Positions 10,381 through 20,085 of a stretch of DNA of 64,000 bases are shown here, one piece after another (position 1 is the first letter of the stretch; every line of letters begins with the position of its first letter). The notes under the pieces are model-generated. The model was not told the origin of the DNA and made no database searches. It saw nothing but the letters and a program-made list of their open reading frames with translations. Origin of the DNA: Actinomycetota bacterium (GTDB lineage Bacteria > Actinomycetota > Acidimicrobiia > Spongiisociales > UBA4744); assembly GCA_013152275.1 (NCBI GenBank), contig JAADGS010000018.1:80136-144135 (forward strand). The letters run 5' to 3'. The position numbers were made by a program, and so were the translations under genes.

Positions 10381-10490
10381 CCTCCCCCAAGAGGCTCCTC
10401 CAGGGCCGACGTTGGGGGAGGTGTCCTCGGGGCTTTGGCCGAGGGCGGAGGGGGTCTTGGGGACGTGTCCCGCCAGGGACGGAGGGGGTT
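10381..10490. repeat. G-rich REP-like palindromic element between convergent genes
   Basis: CCTCCCCCAA...TTGGGGGAGG stem followed by two GTGTCC...GGAGGGGGT units. Confidence 0.5.
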
Positions 10491-10504
10491 GCCTGGCGCC
10501 GAGA

Positions 10505-11926
10505 TCAGGCCTGTGATCTGGCCGCTTCGAGCAGTTCTGCAGCCGAGCGTCGGACCGCGGCGGCGAAGGCGTCGAGATCGGGAACGGCATCCCAGTCGGC
10601 GTGGAGTCCCCATGCGATCTCGCCGTCGTAGCTGAACAGGGCGATGCCGATATCGTGGCCTGCCCACAGTGGGACGGCGGGGTATTGCACGATCAGCCTG
10701 GAGTCGAGCAGGTACATCGGGAACTGCGGTCCGGGTACATTCGTGATCGTCATGTTGAACGGGCGCATGCCGGTGGCGAGCCGTGCGGCACGTTGCATCA
10801 AGGTCATCGGTGCCCCCGAGGTGAGCTGGATGATCGTCGAGGCGCCGAGTGCCTGGTTGGTTTCCTTGAGCTTGCCCGTGTGTTCCTTGATGAGCGCGAA
10901 CCTCCGCAACGGGTCACGCTGTTCCAGCGGCAGCTCGATCAGCCACATCGCGATCTGGTTCCCCAGGGATCCTCGTTGATCCTTCGGACGGACGCTGACC
11001 GGGACCATCGCACGGAACTCGACCCCGGTGACATCGAAGGCTCGTTCGTTGATGAGGAAACTGCGGATCGCCCCCGTTGCGACTGCCAGTACGACATCGT
11101 TGACGGTGCCGCCGAGGAGGTTCTTGACTTCCTTGAAGTCGTCGAGAGGCAGGGTCAGCCAGTCGAACCGTCGGTTCGGGCCGATCGGTTCATTGATGGG
11201 GGTGCGGGACGCGGCCGAGAGCCATCCCGAGGTGAGCGAATGTGCCACGGCGTTGGCTCTCCGCCCTACTTCGGTCGCAAGTGAACGCCCCTGCTCGAAT
11301 AGCCGGGGGACACTGACTGCGATCTTTGCCGCGCGTGCCAGGCGACGGAGTGTCTCGTCGACGAGGAGCTGCGCTCCTCGTGGCACGGGCCGCGGTATGT
11401 ACTCGGGGGTCGGCTCGATCTCTGTCGTGGGGGCGAAACCGAGAAGGACCCCCATCAGGTCCACACCCGAGATGCCGTCGAGCATGCAATGGTGGATCTT
11501 GAAGATCAAACCGAAACGGTCCTGCTCGCATCCTTCGACGATCCACATCTGCCACAGGGGCTTCGCCCTGTCGAGCTGGCTTCCGAGGATCTGGCCGAAC
11601 AGCTCTCTGAGTTGTGTGTCCGTTCCCGGCTTCGGAAGGCTGATGTGGCGGACGTGGTAGTCGAGGTTGAAGTGCTGGTCGTCGACCCAGACGGGGTACT
11701 TCTCGATCGGGATCCACGCGAGATGCTGCCGGTAACGCGGCACATAGTGGAGTCGAGACCCGATGAACGAGCGAATGCGTCCGATGTCGATGCCGCCATC
11801 GGGCCGTCTCAGCGTTCCTCCTTCGAACAGCGCCACACCGGCGACATGCATGTGTGCGGTGGAGGACTCGAGCGCCAGGAAGGAGGCGTCGAGAAAAGAG
11901 AGCCGGTCATACGCAGGTTTGGTCAT
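10505..11926 (-). CDS. Wax ester synthase/diacylglycerol acyltransferase (WS/DGAT)
   Basis: HHCMLDG catalytic motif; LDRAKPLW; TVNDVVLA; TNVPGP; start MTKPAYDRL after GGAG. Confidence 0.92.
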   Translation of the reverse strand: MTKPAYDRLSFLDASFLALESSTAHMHVAGVALFEGGTLRRPDGGIDIGRIRSFIGSRLHYVPRYRQHLAWIPIEKYPVWVDDQHFNLDYHVRHISLPKPGTDTQLRELFGQILGSQLDRAKPLWQMWIVEGCEQDRFGLIFKIHHCMLDGISGVDLMGVLLGFAPTTEIEPTPEYIPRPVPRGAQLLVDETLRRLARAAKIAVSVPRLFEQGRSLATEVGRRANAVAHSLTSGWLSAASRTPINEPIGPNRRFDWLTLPLDDFKEVKNLLGGTVNDVVLAVATGAIRSFLINERAFDVTGVEFRAMVPVSVRPKDQRGSLGNQIAMWLIELPLEQRDPLRRFALIKEHTGKLKETNQALGASTIIQLTSGAPMTLMQRAARLATGMRPFNMTITNVPGPQFPMYLLDSRLIVQYPAVPLWAGHDIGIALFSYDGEIAWGLHADWDAVPDLDAFAAAVRRSAAELLEAARSQA

Positions 11927-11972
11927 CGGTGCTCCTTCCGGGACAAGCCTACGGCGTGACCGGATCGGCTGG

Positions 11973-12842
11973 TCATGGCTCGAGGAGCACGCCGAGCCCC
12001 TCACGGGCCGCGGTGGCCAGAGCCCGGGCGGCCGCGGCGATGTCCTGGCTCGCGACCCCGACGGATTTGAAGAGGGTGATCGGCGAACTCGGTTTGGACC
12101 TGTGCGTCAGCAGGTCTCCGATCGTCGCATCAGGCGAGCGTTGCGCCTGGATGAGGTCACCGGCTTCTTCCGAGGCGGCTGCGATATCGTCGACTGCGAC
12201 GAACGCCCTCCTGACCGTCTCCGGGGGTATCTCGGCCATCTCCGGCGTGAAGGCGCCGATCGCGTTGATGTGCACGGACTCCGGCAGTGACGAATCACGG
12301 AACAGGGGAATGTGCGCCGGCGTCGCAGTGGTCACCACGTCCGCGTGGCCGACCGCCTCATTCGCGTCGCTCACGGCTTCACCGCCGACCTGTCTGGCCA
12401 GCCGCTCGGCCCTGTCCCGGCTTCTGGACCATACGAGAATCCTGGTGATCGGTCGGACGGCGATGACCGCTTCGATCAGATCTCGAGCCATCGCGCCTGC
12501 GCCGAGCATCGCGAGTGTGGAGGCGTCGGGCTTCGCGAGCAGACGCGTGGCGAGACCGGCTGCCGCACCTGTCCGGATCGCGGTGAGCGTCGGTCCATCG
12601 ACGAGGCCGATCGGGTGCCCGCGCCCGTCGAACACCACGACGATCCCCGCCGGGTCGCCGGGTGTGATCGAGACCACCTTGATGCCGGTGCGGCTTCCCA
12701 CTTTCCCCGCCATGAACAATGACGAACCGAGCAGAACCCGCTGAGGTGTTTCACGGTCGTCTCGAAACGCCTCACGCATCGCGCCGATCGCCGAGCTCAT
12801 CGGAAGCGCCGCTCTCAGGTCGTCAGGTCCCAGATACCGCAT
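11973..12842 (-). CDS. Ornithine cyclodeaminase/mu-crystallin family protein
   Basis: LTAIRTGAAAG; GAGAMA; HINAIGA; LFKSVGVASQD; start overlaps stop of upstream oxidase. Confidence 0.88.
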   Translation of the reverse strand: MRYLGPDDLRAALPMSSAIGAMREAFRDDRETPQRVLLGSSLFMAGKVGSRTGIKVVSITPGDPAGIVVVFDGRGHPIGLVDGPTLTAIRTGAAAGLATRLLAKPDASTLAMLGAGAMARDLIEAVIAVRPITRILVWSRSRDRAERLARQVGGEAVSDANEAVGHADVVTTATPAHIPLFRDSSLPESVHINAIGAFTPEMAEIPPETVRRAFVAVDDIAAASEEAGDLIQAQRSPDATIGDLLTHRSKPSSPITLFKSVGVASQDIAAAARALATAAREGLGVLLEP

Positions 12843-14071
12843 CAGGCGAGCACATTCTTGTTGTCGACGGCGAGGGGGTCGCGGTCGACACCGAGGAACG
12901 AAATCGGGACGTCGGTGTCGTACGAAGCTCGCCTGCCGGTGATCTCCTGGGCGATCAGCGACCCGATCATCGGCGCGAGCTTGAACCCGTGCCCACTGAA
13001 TCCGTTGGCGACGAACCACCCTTCGAGCTCGGTGGGACCGAGGACGGGGTGGACATCCTGCTGGTTGACCGTGTAGAGGCCGGCGATGCCCGAAACCGTT
13101 CCTTTGTGGGGAAGCGCCGGAATGCGGTGATGGAGGGCATGGATCTTGACGTCCTTGAATGCCGCGTCGGCGCTGGTGCGGTAGTTGTCCGGATCGACGC
13201 GTTCGGTCTCGTCCTCCGCGAGAACGGAACCGAAGAGAACCTGCCGGCCGCGGGACTCGGGCCGCAAGTAGATGTTGTGGTCCACCGTCACGGGGATCGG
13301 CCCTTGTACCTCGTCGGCCATCGCCCGGTACGCGACCTGCACACGGGTCGGTGTGAGCGTCCAGGGCACATCGACTCCGGCCGCCTCGTTGAGGCGGTTG
13401 CACCAAGGACCGGCAGCGTTGATGACGAGTGGAGTATCGATCGTGGTTCCATCGGCCAGCGTGACCCCCATGACGCGTCCGCCGCCGGTGCGCACCCCGG
13501 TGACGGGAGATCGGAAGCGGACTTCGGCGCCCTCTCGTCTCGCGGCGGCGATCAGATCCTGATTCGCTCCCGTCGGGTTTGCGTAGCCGCCTTCCTCTTC
13601 GAACAGTGCAGCTTCGAGGTCGCGGCACTCATGCGGTGTGGCGCCGGTCAGATCGAAGGGTGCATCGCACGTCGAGAGGGCGGGAAACCGCTCGCGGGCC
13701 CCTTCCGCGTCGAGGATCGATACGTGGACGCCTTGTGATCGGAGGCGGTCGACGGTGTGGTGCGCATGGTCGGCCGTGAAGCCCAATATCCAGAGGACAC
13801 CGGCATGTTCAAATCGGTTTGTCGGTTCTGGGAGCCGGGTGAAGTCGGACCAGTTTCGGTAGGCGCGCTGACCGCCGAGAGCGAGCCGCACCATGTTCGT
13901 CTGGGAGTAGAGGGTCCTGATAACGGCCGACGATGCGCCGGTCGACCCTTCCGACGGCCCCGCGCCCTTGTCGAGAACGACGATGTGGTCGGACGTGCGG
14001 CGGGCGAGCTGATACGCGATCGAGGACCCGATGATGCCTGCACCGATCACCACGATGTCCGCTGTCTGCAC
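12842..14071 (-). CDS. FAD-dependent oxidoreductase (DAO/sarcosine oxidase beta-like)
   Basis: VVIGAGIIG; INAAGPW; GFSGHGFKLAP. Confidence 0.9.
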   Translation of the reverse strand: MQTADIVVIGAGIIGSSIAYQLARRTSDHIVVLDKGAGPSEGSTGASSAVIRTLYSQTNMVRLALGGQRAYRNWSDFTRLPEPTNRFEHAGVLWILGFTADHAHHTVDRLRSQGVHVSILDAEGARERFPALSTCDAPFDLTGATPHECRDLEAALFEEEGGYANPTGANQDLIAAARREGAEVRFRSPVTGVRTGGGRVMGVTLADGTTIDTPLVINAAGPWCNRLNEAAGVDVPWTLTPTRVQVAYRAMADEVQGPIPVTVDHNIYLRPESRGRQVLFGSVLAEDETERVDPDNYRTSADAAFKDVKIHALHHRIPALPHKGTVSGIAGLYTVNQQDVHPVLGPTELEGWFVANGFSGHGFKLAPMIGSLIAQEITGRRASYDTDVPISFLGVDRDPLAVDNKNVLA

Positions 14072-14095
14072 TGCCTGCCTCCCGTGTCAGTTTGC

Positions 14096-14740
14096 CTACT
14101 GTATCGGTGTTCTCGTGTGGGCATGCGGGTTCTGGCGCATCGAGCGCACCAGTGTCGAGACCGTGACCCATTGCACCCAGACGATACCCACGACGACGAA
14201 GACACGTTCGGAATACCCCGGATACCAGTGAGGTGTCGCAAGGAATCCGAGACCGGCTGCCAGGAACAATCCCGCGTAGGCAAGACCCAACCGCCGCCGC
14301 CCGGTCTCCTCGGGGGCGGCGGCCAACGCGGTGAGCACCATTGCGAACAGCAGGGCAGTGAACGCCATCCCCCCTGAAATGTCGTGCAACGCCCCGATGA
14401 AGGTCGTCCACCCCCACTCGACGAGGTCGTCGCGAAAGATCGCCGCGCAAATCATCAGAGCGCCGTGGGCGGCGAGGGCGATGCGCGCGGCGTCGTGACG
14501 GCGGTTCGTGACCGAGCGCAAACCGTGGGCGAAACCGATGATGAGCAGACCGTAGATCGCGAATCCGGTCGACATCGCCCACGGGTCGGAGACTCCCCGG
14601 GCACTCAACTTGGAGATCGTGTCGGTGGCGGGATCGAGTTCGGGGTGCTGGGCAAGTCCGATGAGGAATGCGAGCACGACGATCGGCGGGGCCAGCACCC
14701 CACCGATCAGCCCGAGCCGAGTCGATGGCATCCGACGCAT
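14096..14740 (-). CDS. DUF998-like membrane protein
   Basis: Multi-TM; DTISKLS, ALHD, GYSERV motifs. Confidence 0.65.
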   Translation of the reverse strand: MRRMPSTRLGLIGGVLAPPIVVLAFLIGLAQHPELDPATDTISKLSARGVSDPWAMSTGFAIYGLLIIGFAHGLRSVTNRRHDAARIALAAHGALMICAAIFRDDLVEWGWTTFIGALHDISGGMAFTALLFAMVLTALAAAPEETGRRRLGLAYAGLFLAAGLGFLATPHWYPGYSERVFVVVGIVWVQWVTVSTLVRSMRQNPHAHTRTPIQ

Positions 14741-14743
14741 GAG

Positions 14744-14816
14744 CGCCCGCGGCAGGATTCGAACCTGCGGCCTACTGCTTAGGAGGCAGTTGCTCTATCC
14801 CCTGAGCTACGCGGGC
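14744..14816 (-). tRNA. tRNA-Arg (anticodon CCT)
   Basis: Reverse complement GCCCGCGTAGCTCAGGGGATAGAGCA ACTGC-CT-CCT-AA-GCAGT ...GGTTCGAATCC...CGCGGGC; no encoded CCA. Confidence 0.95.
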
Positions 14817-15000
14817 AGTGTGAGCTCCATACCTCTTGTGATGTGCTCACCGGGGGTGTGGCGCATGGGGGAGATTAGATCGTCGTGTCTGGGGAGGGGA
14901 AAGCGGGTGGGGGCGCGTCGGAATGTCGTCTTGGGTCGGCTTGTCTGATCGGTGGTGTTGTCGGACGTGTCGCGGATCGTCGAGGGATCCGCCCGGTGGT

Positions 15001-16092
15001 CTACGGCGGGTCGGGGCCGGTTGGGGGTTTGAGGAACCGTCGGCGCTGGGGCGGGGTGTGAGGGTCGATGCGGTAGCCGAGGCCGTGGATGACGACATGG
15101 TGGTGATACCAGCACAGGGTCGTGAGGTTGTCGGGGTCGTTGTCGGCTCCTGAGGCCCGCCAGTCGATGTGGTGGGGTTGGAGGCGGTACCGGGATTGGC
15201 AGCCGTCTGCAGTGCATCCCTCGTCCCTGTGGAGGACGTAGCGGCGTATGCGGGGCGAGATGACGGCGGAGCGATTCCCGATGCCGAGTACACGTCCGTC
15301 TTCGGTGGTGGCGGTCACTTCGATCGTGCCTTCGCAGAGGATCGCTTGCAGAGCTCTGGGCCCGACACGTGGTCCTGCTTCGATGGTGACACCGGTCTGA
15401 CCGTTGGTGGCTGCGGCCGTTCGAGCGTCGACGAAGATCGTCACCGCCGGTGTGCCCCGTGCCGGCGAATCTCCGGGTGCCGAGTCGTTGCAGATGGCTA
15501 CGAGAGCGTCGGCGCGCCGTTGTGCGCTCGAAGGTCGGCTCTCATCCGGGTGGAGGGGGAATCGGTCGGCGCGGTCCGCGAGGGCTCTGTCGACGATGGC
15601 GCCCTCGTATCCGGGGAGGGAACCCCACAGTCGCCACGTCGACTGGTCCAGGTTCGGTTGCATGACGAGGTGTCGTCCGTTGAATGCGGTGATTTCGTCG
15701 GTGGGGGAGACCCGCCGGTGGTGGGCGATGCGTCGCCGCAGACCTGCGATGTCCCAAACCTGTGATTGCTCCACCAGGTCATTGCCCGGTGCGACGGCTG
15801 CGAGGCGGATCAGTTCTGCTGCCCGGTCGAAGGTGACCTCTCCGGTCTCGAGAGCTTGCCGCACGCCGTTATTGCCGGATCGGGCTGTTCGCGTCAGCAG
15901 CCGGGCGGTTTCGGGGGCGACATCGAGCCGTGCGGTGATCCACTCGGTCAGACCGTGGCACGCGTCCGCCAAGGGGATTTGCCGCCGGTCGATCTCGGTC
16001 AACAGCCTCGCCTGGATGGCGCGGAGCCGAGCGATCGTCGATTCGATCTCGACCAGGTCCGTCTCGATCCGATCTGTCGTCATCTCGTTCAT
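15001..16092 (-). CDS. DUF222 (13E12 repeat family) HNH endonuclease
   Basis: QRRADALVAIC; RRYVLHRDEGCTADGC...PHHI...GADNDPDNLTTLCWYHHH. Confidence 0.9.
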   Translation of the reverse strand: MNEMTTDRIETDLVEIESTIARLRAIQARLLTEIDRRQIPLADACHGLTEWITARLDVAPETARLLTRTARSGNNGVRQALETGEVTFDRAAELIRLAAVAPGNDLVEQSQVWDIAGLRRRIAHHRRVSPTDEITAFNGRHLVMQPNLDQSTWRLWGSLPGYEGAIVDRALADRADRFPLHPDESRPSSAQRRADALVAICNDSAPGDSPARGTPAVTIFVDARTAAATNGQTGVTIEAGPRVGPRALQAILCEGTIEVTATTEDGRVLGIGNRSAVISPRIRRYVLHRDEGCTADGCQSRYRLQPHHIDWRASGADNDPDNLTTLCWYHHHVVIHGLGYRIDPHTPPQRRRFLKPPTGPDPP

Positions 16093-16368
16093 GGTGCCAC
16101 CGTATCAGTCGGGTGTGACAGAAAACGACCGATAACGATAGGCAACGCCAGAAATCTCGCCGGGTTGCCGACCTCGGGTTCCTCACCGGCGTGTGCATCT
16201 CTGACATCATGGCCAAGATCTCTCATCCGTGGTCAAACCCCGCCGCCTGTACATATCGGTGCCGACAGGGTGACGCGAGGTCCGAACCGACGGACGTCAT
16301 CCGGCAGACCGGCGCCAACCTGGCAGGCACCGGCCCAGGGTTGCTCTCGCGGTCTGGCAAAGGCCGGG

Positions 16369-16695
16369 ATGGGCGTCGGGACGTTGGAGCAGCGGCCATG
16401 GGACGCCGCGTGTGAGATCCGTGGACCGCTCGACGCCCCCAAGTTCAAGGACCACATCCTCTCGCTCGTGTTCCCGAAACGTCTCTCGGATGTCGTCGAC
16501 GACGAGATTGTCCGTCTGGGACCCGTGCCGCGGCTCTGCCGGATCGCTCATCGGACAACGCCTGCGGCTTCTCGAGATCCATGGCAAGTCGACCGTGGGG
16601 GCCTTCAACGCCCGCCGGAGGTCGTGCCGCTCGAAGTCTGCGGGCAAGAGATCAACGCCCCGGCGCATGCCATCAGCCGAATGAACGCAGTCATC
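16369..16695 (+). pseudogene. hsdM: Collapsed remnant of type I restriction-modification methyltransferase
   Basis: WDAACEIRGPLDAPKFKDHILSLVFPKRLSD (HsdM N-terminus); WDPCRGSAG in another frame (motif I); GQEINAPAHAISRMN. Confidence 0.75.
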
Positions 16696-16766
16696 AGGAC
16701 AGGGACGACGGCGCCGCCTCGGCACCCTCGGAGTGGTGCCGGTGAAGCATCGAAATCTGGTGCAGG

Positions 16767-17981
16767 TCAGCCCTCGAGTGCCTGGTCGAGATCGGCGATG
16801 ATGTCGTCGGCGGCCTCGAGACCGACCGACAGGCGGATCAGCCCGTCGGTGATGCCCGAAGCTGCACGTTCCTGCGGGGCGACGACTCGGTGGGTCATCG
16901 ACGCCGGATGCTCGATCAGCGTGTCGATGTTGCCGAGGCTGACGGCCAGCGTGCAGAGTTCGATCCGGTCGAGGAATCGGGTGGCCGGCTCGTAGCCCCC
17001 GAGATCGAACGCGATCATCGCGCCGAATCCATCCATCTGGCGCCTGGCGAGTTCGTGTTGCGGGTGGGAGGGGAGACCGGGGTAGTGGGTGGCCACCACG
17101 GCCGGGTGGGACTCCAGAAAGCGGGCCACCGCCATCCCGTTGGCACAGTGGCGACTCATGCGAAGCGGGAGCGTCTTGAGGCCGAGGTTGGTGAGCCAGC
17201 AGTCGAACGGGCTCGGCACCCCACCCATGAAGCGGATCAGCGACGGGATCTCTTCTTCCATCAGTGCCGGATCATTGCTGATGACGGCACCACCGATGAC
17301 GGTTCCGTGGCCGTTGATGTACTTCGTGGTGCTGTGGACGACGGCGTCGGCACCATGCTCGAGAGGCCGCTGCAGCACGGGTGTGGCGAACGTGTTGTCG
17401 GCCACGACCTTGGCCCCGTGGGCATGGGCGATCTCCGCGGTTCGGGCGATATCGATCACCGTCATCGTCGGGTTGGCCGGGGTCTCCACGTAGACGACCT
17501 TCGTGTTGGTGTGTTGGGTCAACGCACGTACGAGGGCCGCCGGTTCCAGTCCGGCGATGCGGCTGTTCGTGATTCCGTAGGCGGGCAGGATCTCGGTGAT
17601 GAGGTGGTCGGCGGACCCGTAGAGAACCTGCTGGGCGATGATGTGATCGCCAGCCTTCGCCAGACCCATCAGGGTGGCGCTGATGGCCGCCATGCCCGAG
17701 CCGAAGACCTCGGCGGTGACCGCCTCCCGGTCTGCCGTGAGTCCGTGGCTCTCCAGAGCGGCCAGCTTGTTCGCCAGAGCCGTTCGTGCCGGGTTGCCTC
17801 CGCGAGAGTAGATGTACCCTTCCTCTTCTCCTTCGGCCCACTCCTCGACGGCTCGCATGCCGTCGAAGGTGAACGTCGAGGTCTGGTAGATGGGAGCGAC
17901 GTGGGCTCTCGACGCATCGTGCACCTCCCCGGCGTGGATTGCTTCGGTGGCCATCTGGTGTTGCAGCTCGGTGCTCATCAC
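16767..17981 (-). CDS. PLP-dependent methionine gamma-lyase/cystathionine gamma-synthase family enzyme
   Basis: PIYQTSTF; YSRGGNP; SGMAAI; ETPANP; DNTFATP; HSTTKYINGHG; RLSVGLE. Confidence 0.93.
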   Translation of the reverse strand: MMSTELQHQMATEAIHAGEVHDASRAHVAPIYQTSTFTFDGMRAVEEWAEGEEEGYIYSRGGNPARTALANKLAALESHGLTADREAVTAEVFGSGMAAISATLMGLAKAGDHIIAQQVLYGSADHLITEILPAYGITNSRIAGLEPAALVRALTQHTNTKVVYVETPANPTMTVIDIARTAEIAHAHGAKVVADNTFATPVLQRPLEHGADAVVHSTTKYINGHGTVIGGAVISNDPALMEEEIPSLIRFMGGVPSPFDCWLTNLGLKTLPLRMSRHCANGMAVARFLESHPAVVATHYPGLPSHPQHELARRQMDGFGAMIAFDLGGYEPATRFLDRIELCTLAVSLGNIDTLIEHPASMTHRVVAPQERAASGITDGLIRLSVGLEAADDIIADLDQALEG

Positions 17982-18207
17982 GGGCTCCCTTCATTTGGCC
18001 GCCACGGCAGTGTGCGGCTTCTCGAAATGCGAACTGATCGTTGCACCACAGTACCGGTCGGCCTGGCGCACAGGATCGACCGCTCGATGTTGGTGTCATG
18101 TGCCTGGCACTGTCATGCGTCGATGGCGCCGTCCGCGAGGGGTGAACCCGATGGTGTCGACGAATTGGCGCCGGTCGTTTCGGACAGGGTCCGAACCGCT
18201 TCGCGGT

Positions 18208-20085
18208 CTAATAGCCTTGCGCGGTGAGTTGCGCTTCATCGAAGGTGAGCTCACGCAGTGCCGCGGCGAAGGCGTCATAGTCCTGTTCGGTGAACATGAG
18301 GGTGCTGATCCAGATGATGACGCTGTGATCATCGTTCCACGCGGCAATGTCGAGCCGCGTTCCGTCGAGGTAGTCGGTGGTGCAATGGTTCCAGAAGTTG
18401 TACAGCCCGTTGTAGGTGCCGTCGTCATACACGCCCATCATGCCGCTCACACCATCGGTGCCGCCGATGCAGCGGTCCGACCTGTTGTGTGAGCGGATCC
18501 ACATCTCGGGGGTCCACGAGTCGTACGGGGTCTTGTGGGCGATGCCGATCTGGAAGCCGGGCGCGGTCCAGCCGGTCGTGTAGTCGCTGATGTCATAGCT
18601 GCCGACGGCGTAGAGTTCTATGCCGGTGCCATACGGTCCGTCGGGCGATGCGTACAGCGGTGTCGCATCGACGGTGAGTTCGGAATCGAAGTCGTCGGCT
18701 TTGACGGTGTGGATGACACCATGGGAGTCGACCAGGTCGAGATACTCCACCGGCCACGGTTCGGTGGCTACCAGGTAGAAGCCTGTCGTCTTGATCCAGT
18801 CGAAGTTGTCGGTGGCATCTTCTGGTGACATTCCGGTCGGCAGAGTGGTCGTGGTGGAGGGAGGCAGGGGCCTGGACGTCGTCGTGGTGCCCATTGCGGT
18901 ACCGGTTGGGGTACTGGTCGCGGTACCGGTTGCGGACCATGTCTGTCCTGTGGAGGTGAAGGGGATGCCGGAGGAGATGTCACCTTCGTAGAACAGGTTT
19001 TCCGATGGACGGTAGGTGTTGATACGGGTCGGTACGGCGGTGCCGTGAGTGAGGATCGTGTCGCAGTACTGGCTGATTCCGCCGAGGTCGGTGTAGGCGG
19101 GTGCACCTTCGACGTCGACGATGATGTCCCCGGCCTTGATCCCTGCCGTTTCTGCGGGGCTGTTCGGGACGACTGCACGCACGAACAGGCCGGTGGGCAA
19201 ACTGCCGTCGGCGGCTTGGTAAGCGAGCGCGTTGAGTCCGATGGTGGTGAGAGACGTGCCGGAGGCGAGCGCTTGGAGTCTTTCGTAGACGAGCATTGTC
19301 TGGAGCGCGTAGAACCCGTCCAGAGGTGCCGGGTAGCCGATGGCGGCGACGTTGCCATGATCGTCGAACACCGGAGCTCCGAACTCGCCGGGGTAGGCGG
19401 GGCTCGTGAGTTCCAGCATTTCGTTGGGGGTGAACGATCTGACGAAGCCGGTGGTCGTCGGCCCGTCGCCGACGGTTCCTTCGGTGACCGTGTAGGCGGG
19501 CAGGTCCGACGGGTATCCGACGACGGTGACATGCTGATCTGCCGTGAGTCCGGAGGTGTTGTCCACGCCGACGTAGTCGAAGTTGTCACCGTCGATGTCG
19601 ATGATGGCCAGGTCGTCGCATTCGTCGATGGCAACGACGACTGCAGAGCGCGCCTGAGAGTCGTTACCGACGAAGACGTCGATGGCGGTCGCTCCGGCGA
19701 CGAGATGGCTGACGGTGACCGCATAGCCGCGCGGGTCGATGATGAATCCTGTTCCAGAGGTCAGGATCGTGTCGTCCAGCCCGGGTGGGTTGACGAACCC
19801 GCCGGCGAGGATACGTACAACGGCCGTGGATGCGGCCTGCGGGTCGGTGACGAGGACACCGGTTTCGGCACCGCCGTTGTCCGCAGGTGCGCCACCGGCG
19901 ATGGTGCTCGGCGTGGTCGCCTGGCCTGGAGCATCGGGGCTTTGGGGCACGGTGGTGGAGACGCCGGGTTGGGTCGTCTTGCCGAAAGCGAGGCCGACGT
20001 GACGGGTCGGGACATCGATCTGCACGGTGCACGCGGCGAGAATGACCGCCGCGGCCAGCAAGACGAAGCTGCGGTGAATACTCAT
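18208..20085 (-). CDS. Trypsin-like/PDZ lipoprotein, probably catalytically inactive
   Basis: Lipobox LAAC; SGTGFII, VTVSHLV, DLAII; PGEFGAP at the Ser site; PDZ NSPAETAGIKAGDII. Confidence 0.8.
   Translation of the reverse strand: MSIHRSFVLLAAAVILAACTVQIDVPTRHVGLAFGKTTQPGVSTTVPQSPDAPGQATTPSTIAGGAPADNGGAETGVLVTDPQAASTAVVRILAGGFVNPPGLDDTILTSGTGFIIDPRGYAVTVSHLVAGATAIDVFVGNDSQARSAVVVAIDECDDLAIIDIDGDNFDYVGVDNTSGLTADQHVTVVGYPSDLPAYTVTEGTVGDGPTTTGFVRSFTPNEMLELTSPAYPGEFGAPVFDDHGNVAAIGYPAPLDGFYALQTMLVYERLQALASGTSLTTIGLNALAYQAADGSLPTGLFVRAVVPNSPAETAGIKAGDIIVDVEGAPAYTDLGGISQYCDTILTHGTAVPTRINTYRPSENLFYEGDISSGIPFTSTGQTWSATGTATSTPTGTAMGTTTTSRPLPPSTTTTLPTGMSPEDATDNFDWIKTTGFYLVATEPWPVEYLDLVDSHGVIHTVKADDFDSELTVDATPLYASPDGPYGTGIELYAVGSYDISDYTTGWTAPGFQIGIAHKTPYDSWTPEMWIRSHNRSDRCIGGTDGVSGMMGVYDDGTYNGLYNFWNHCTTDYLDGTRLDIAAWNDDHSVIIWISTLMFTEQDYDAFAAALRELTFDEAQLTAQGY

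Noticed and set aside
14744..14816. tRNA as integration site of an island (also tRNA-Leu)
   Set aside because: No duplicated tRNA 3' end or integrase found in the window
17982..18207. SAM riboswitch upstream of the Met gamma-lyase-like gene
   Set aside because: No recognisable SAM-I or SAM-IV core seen
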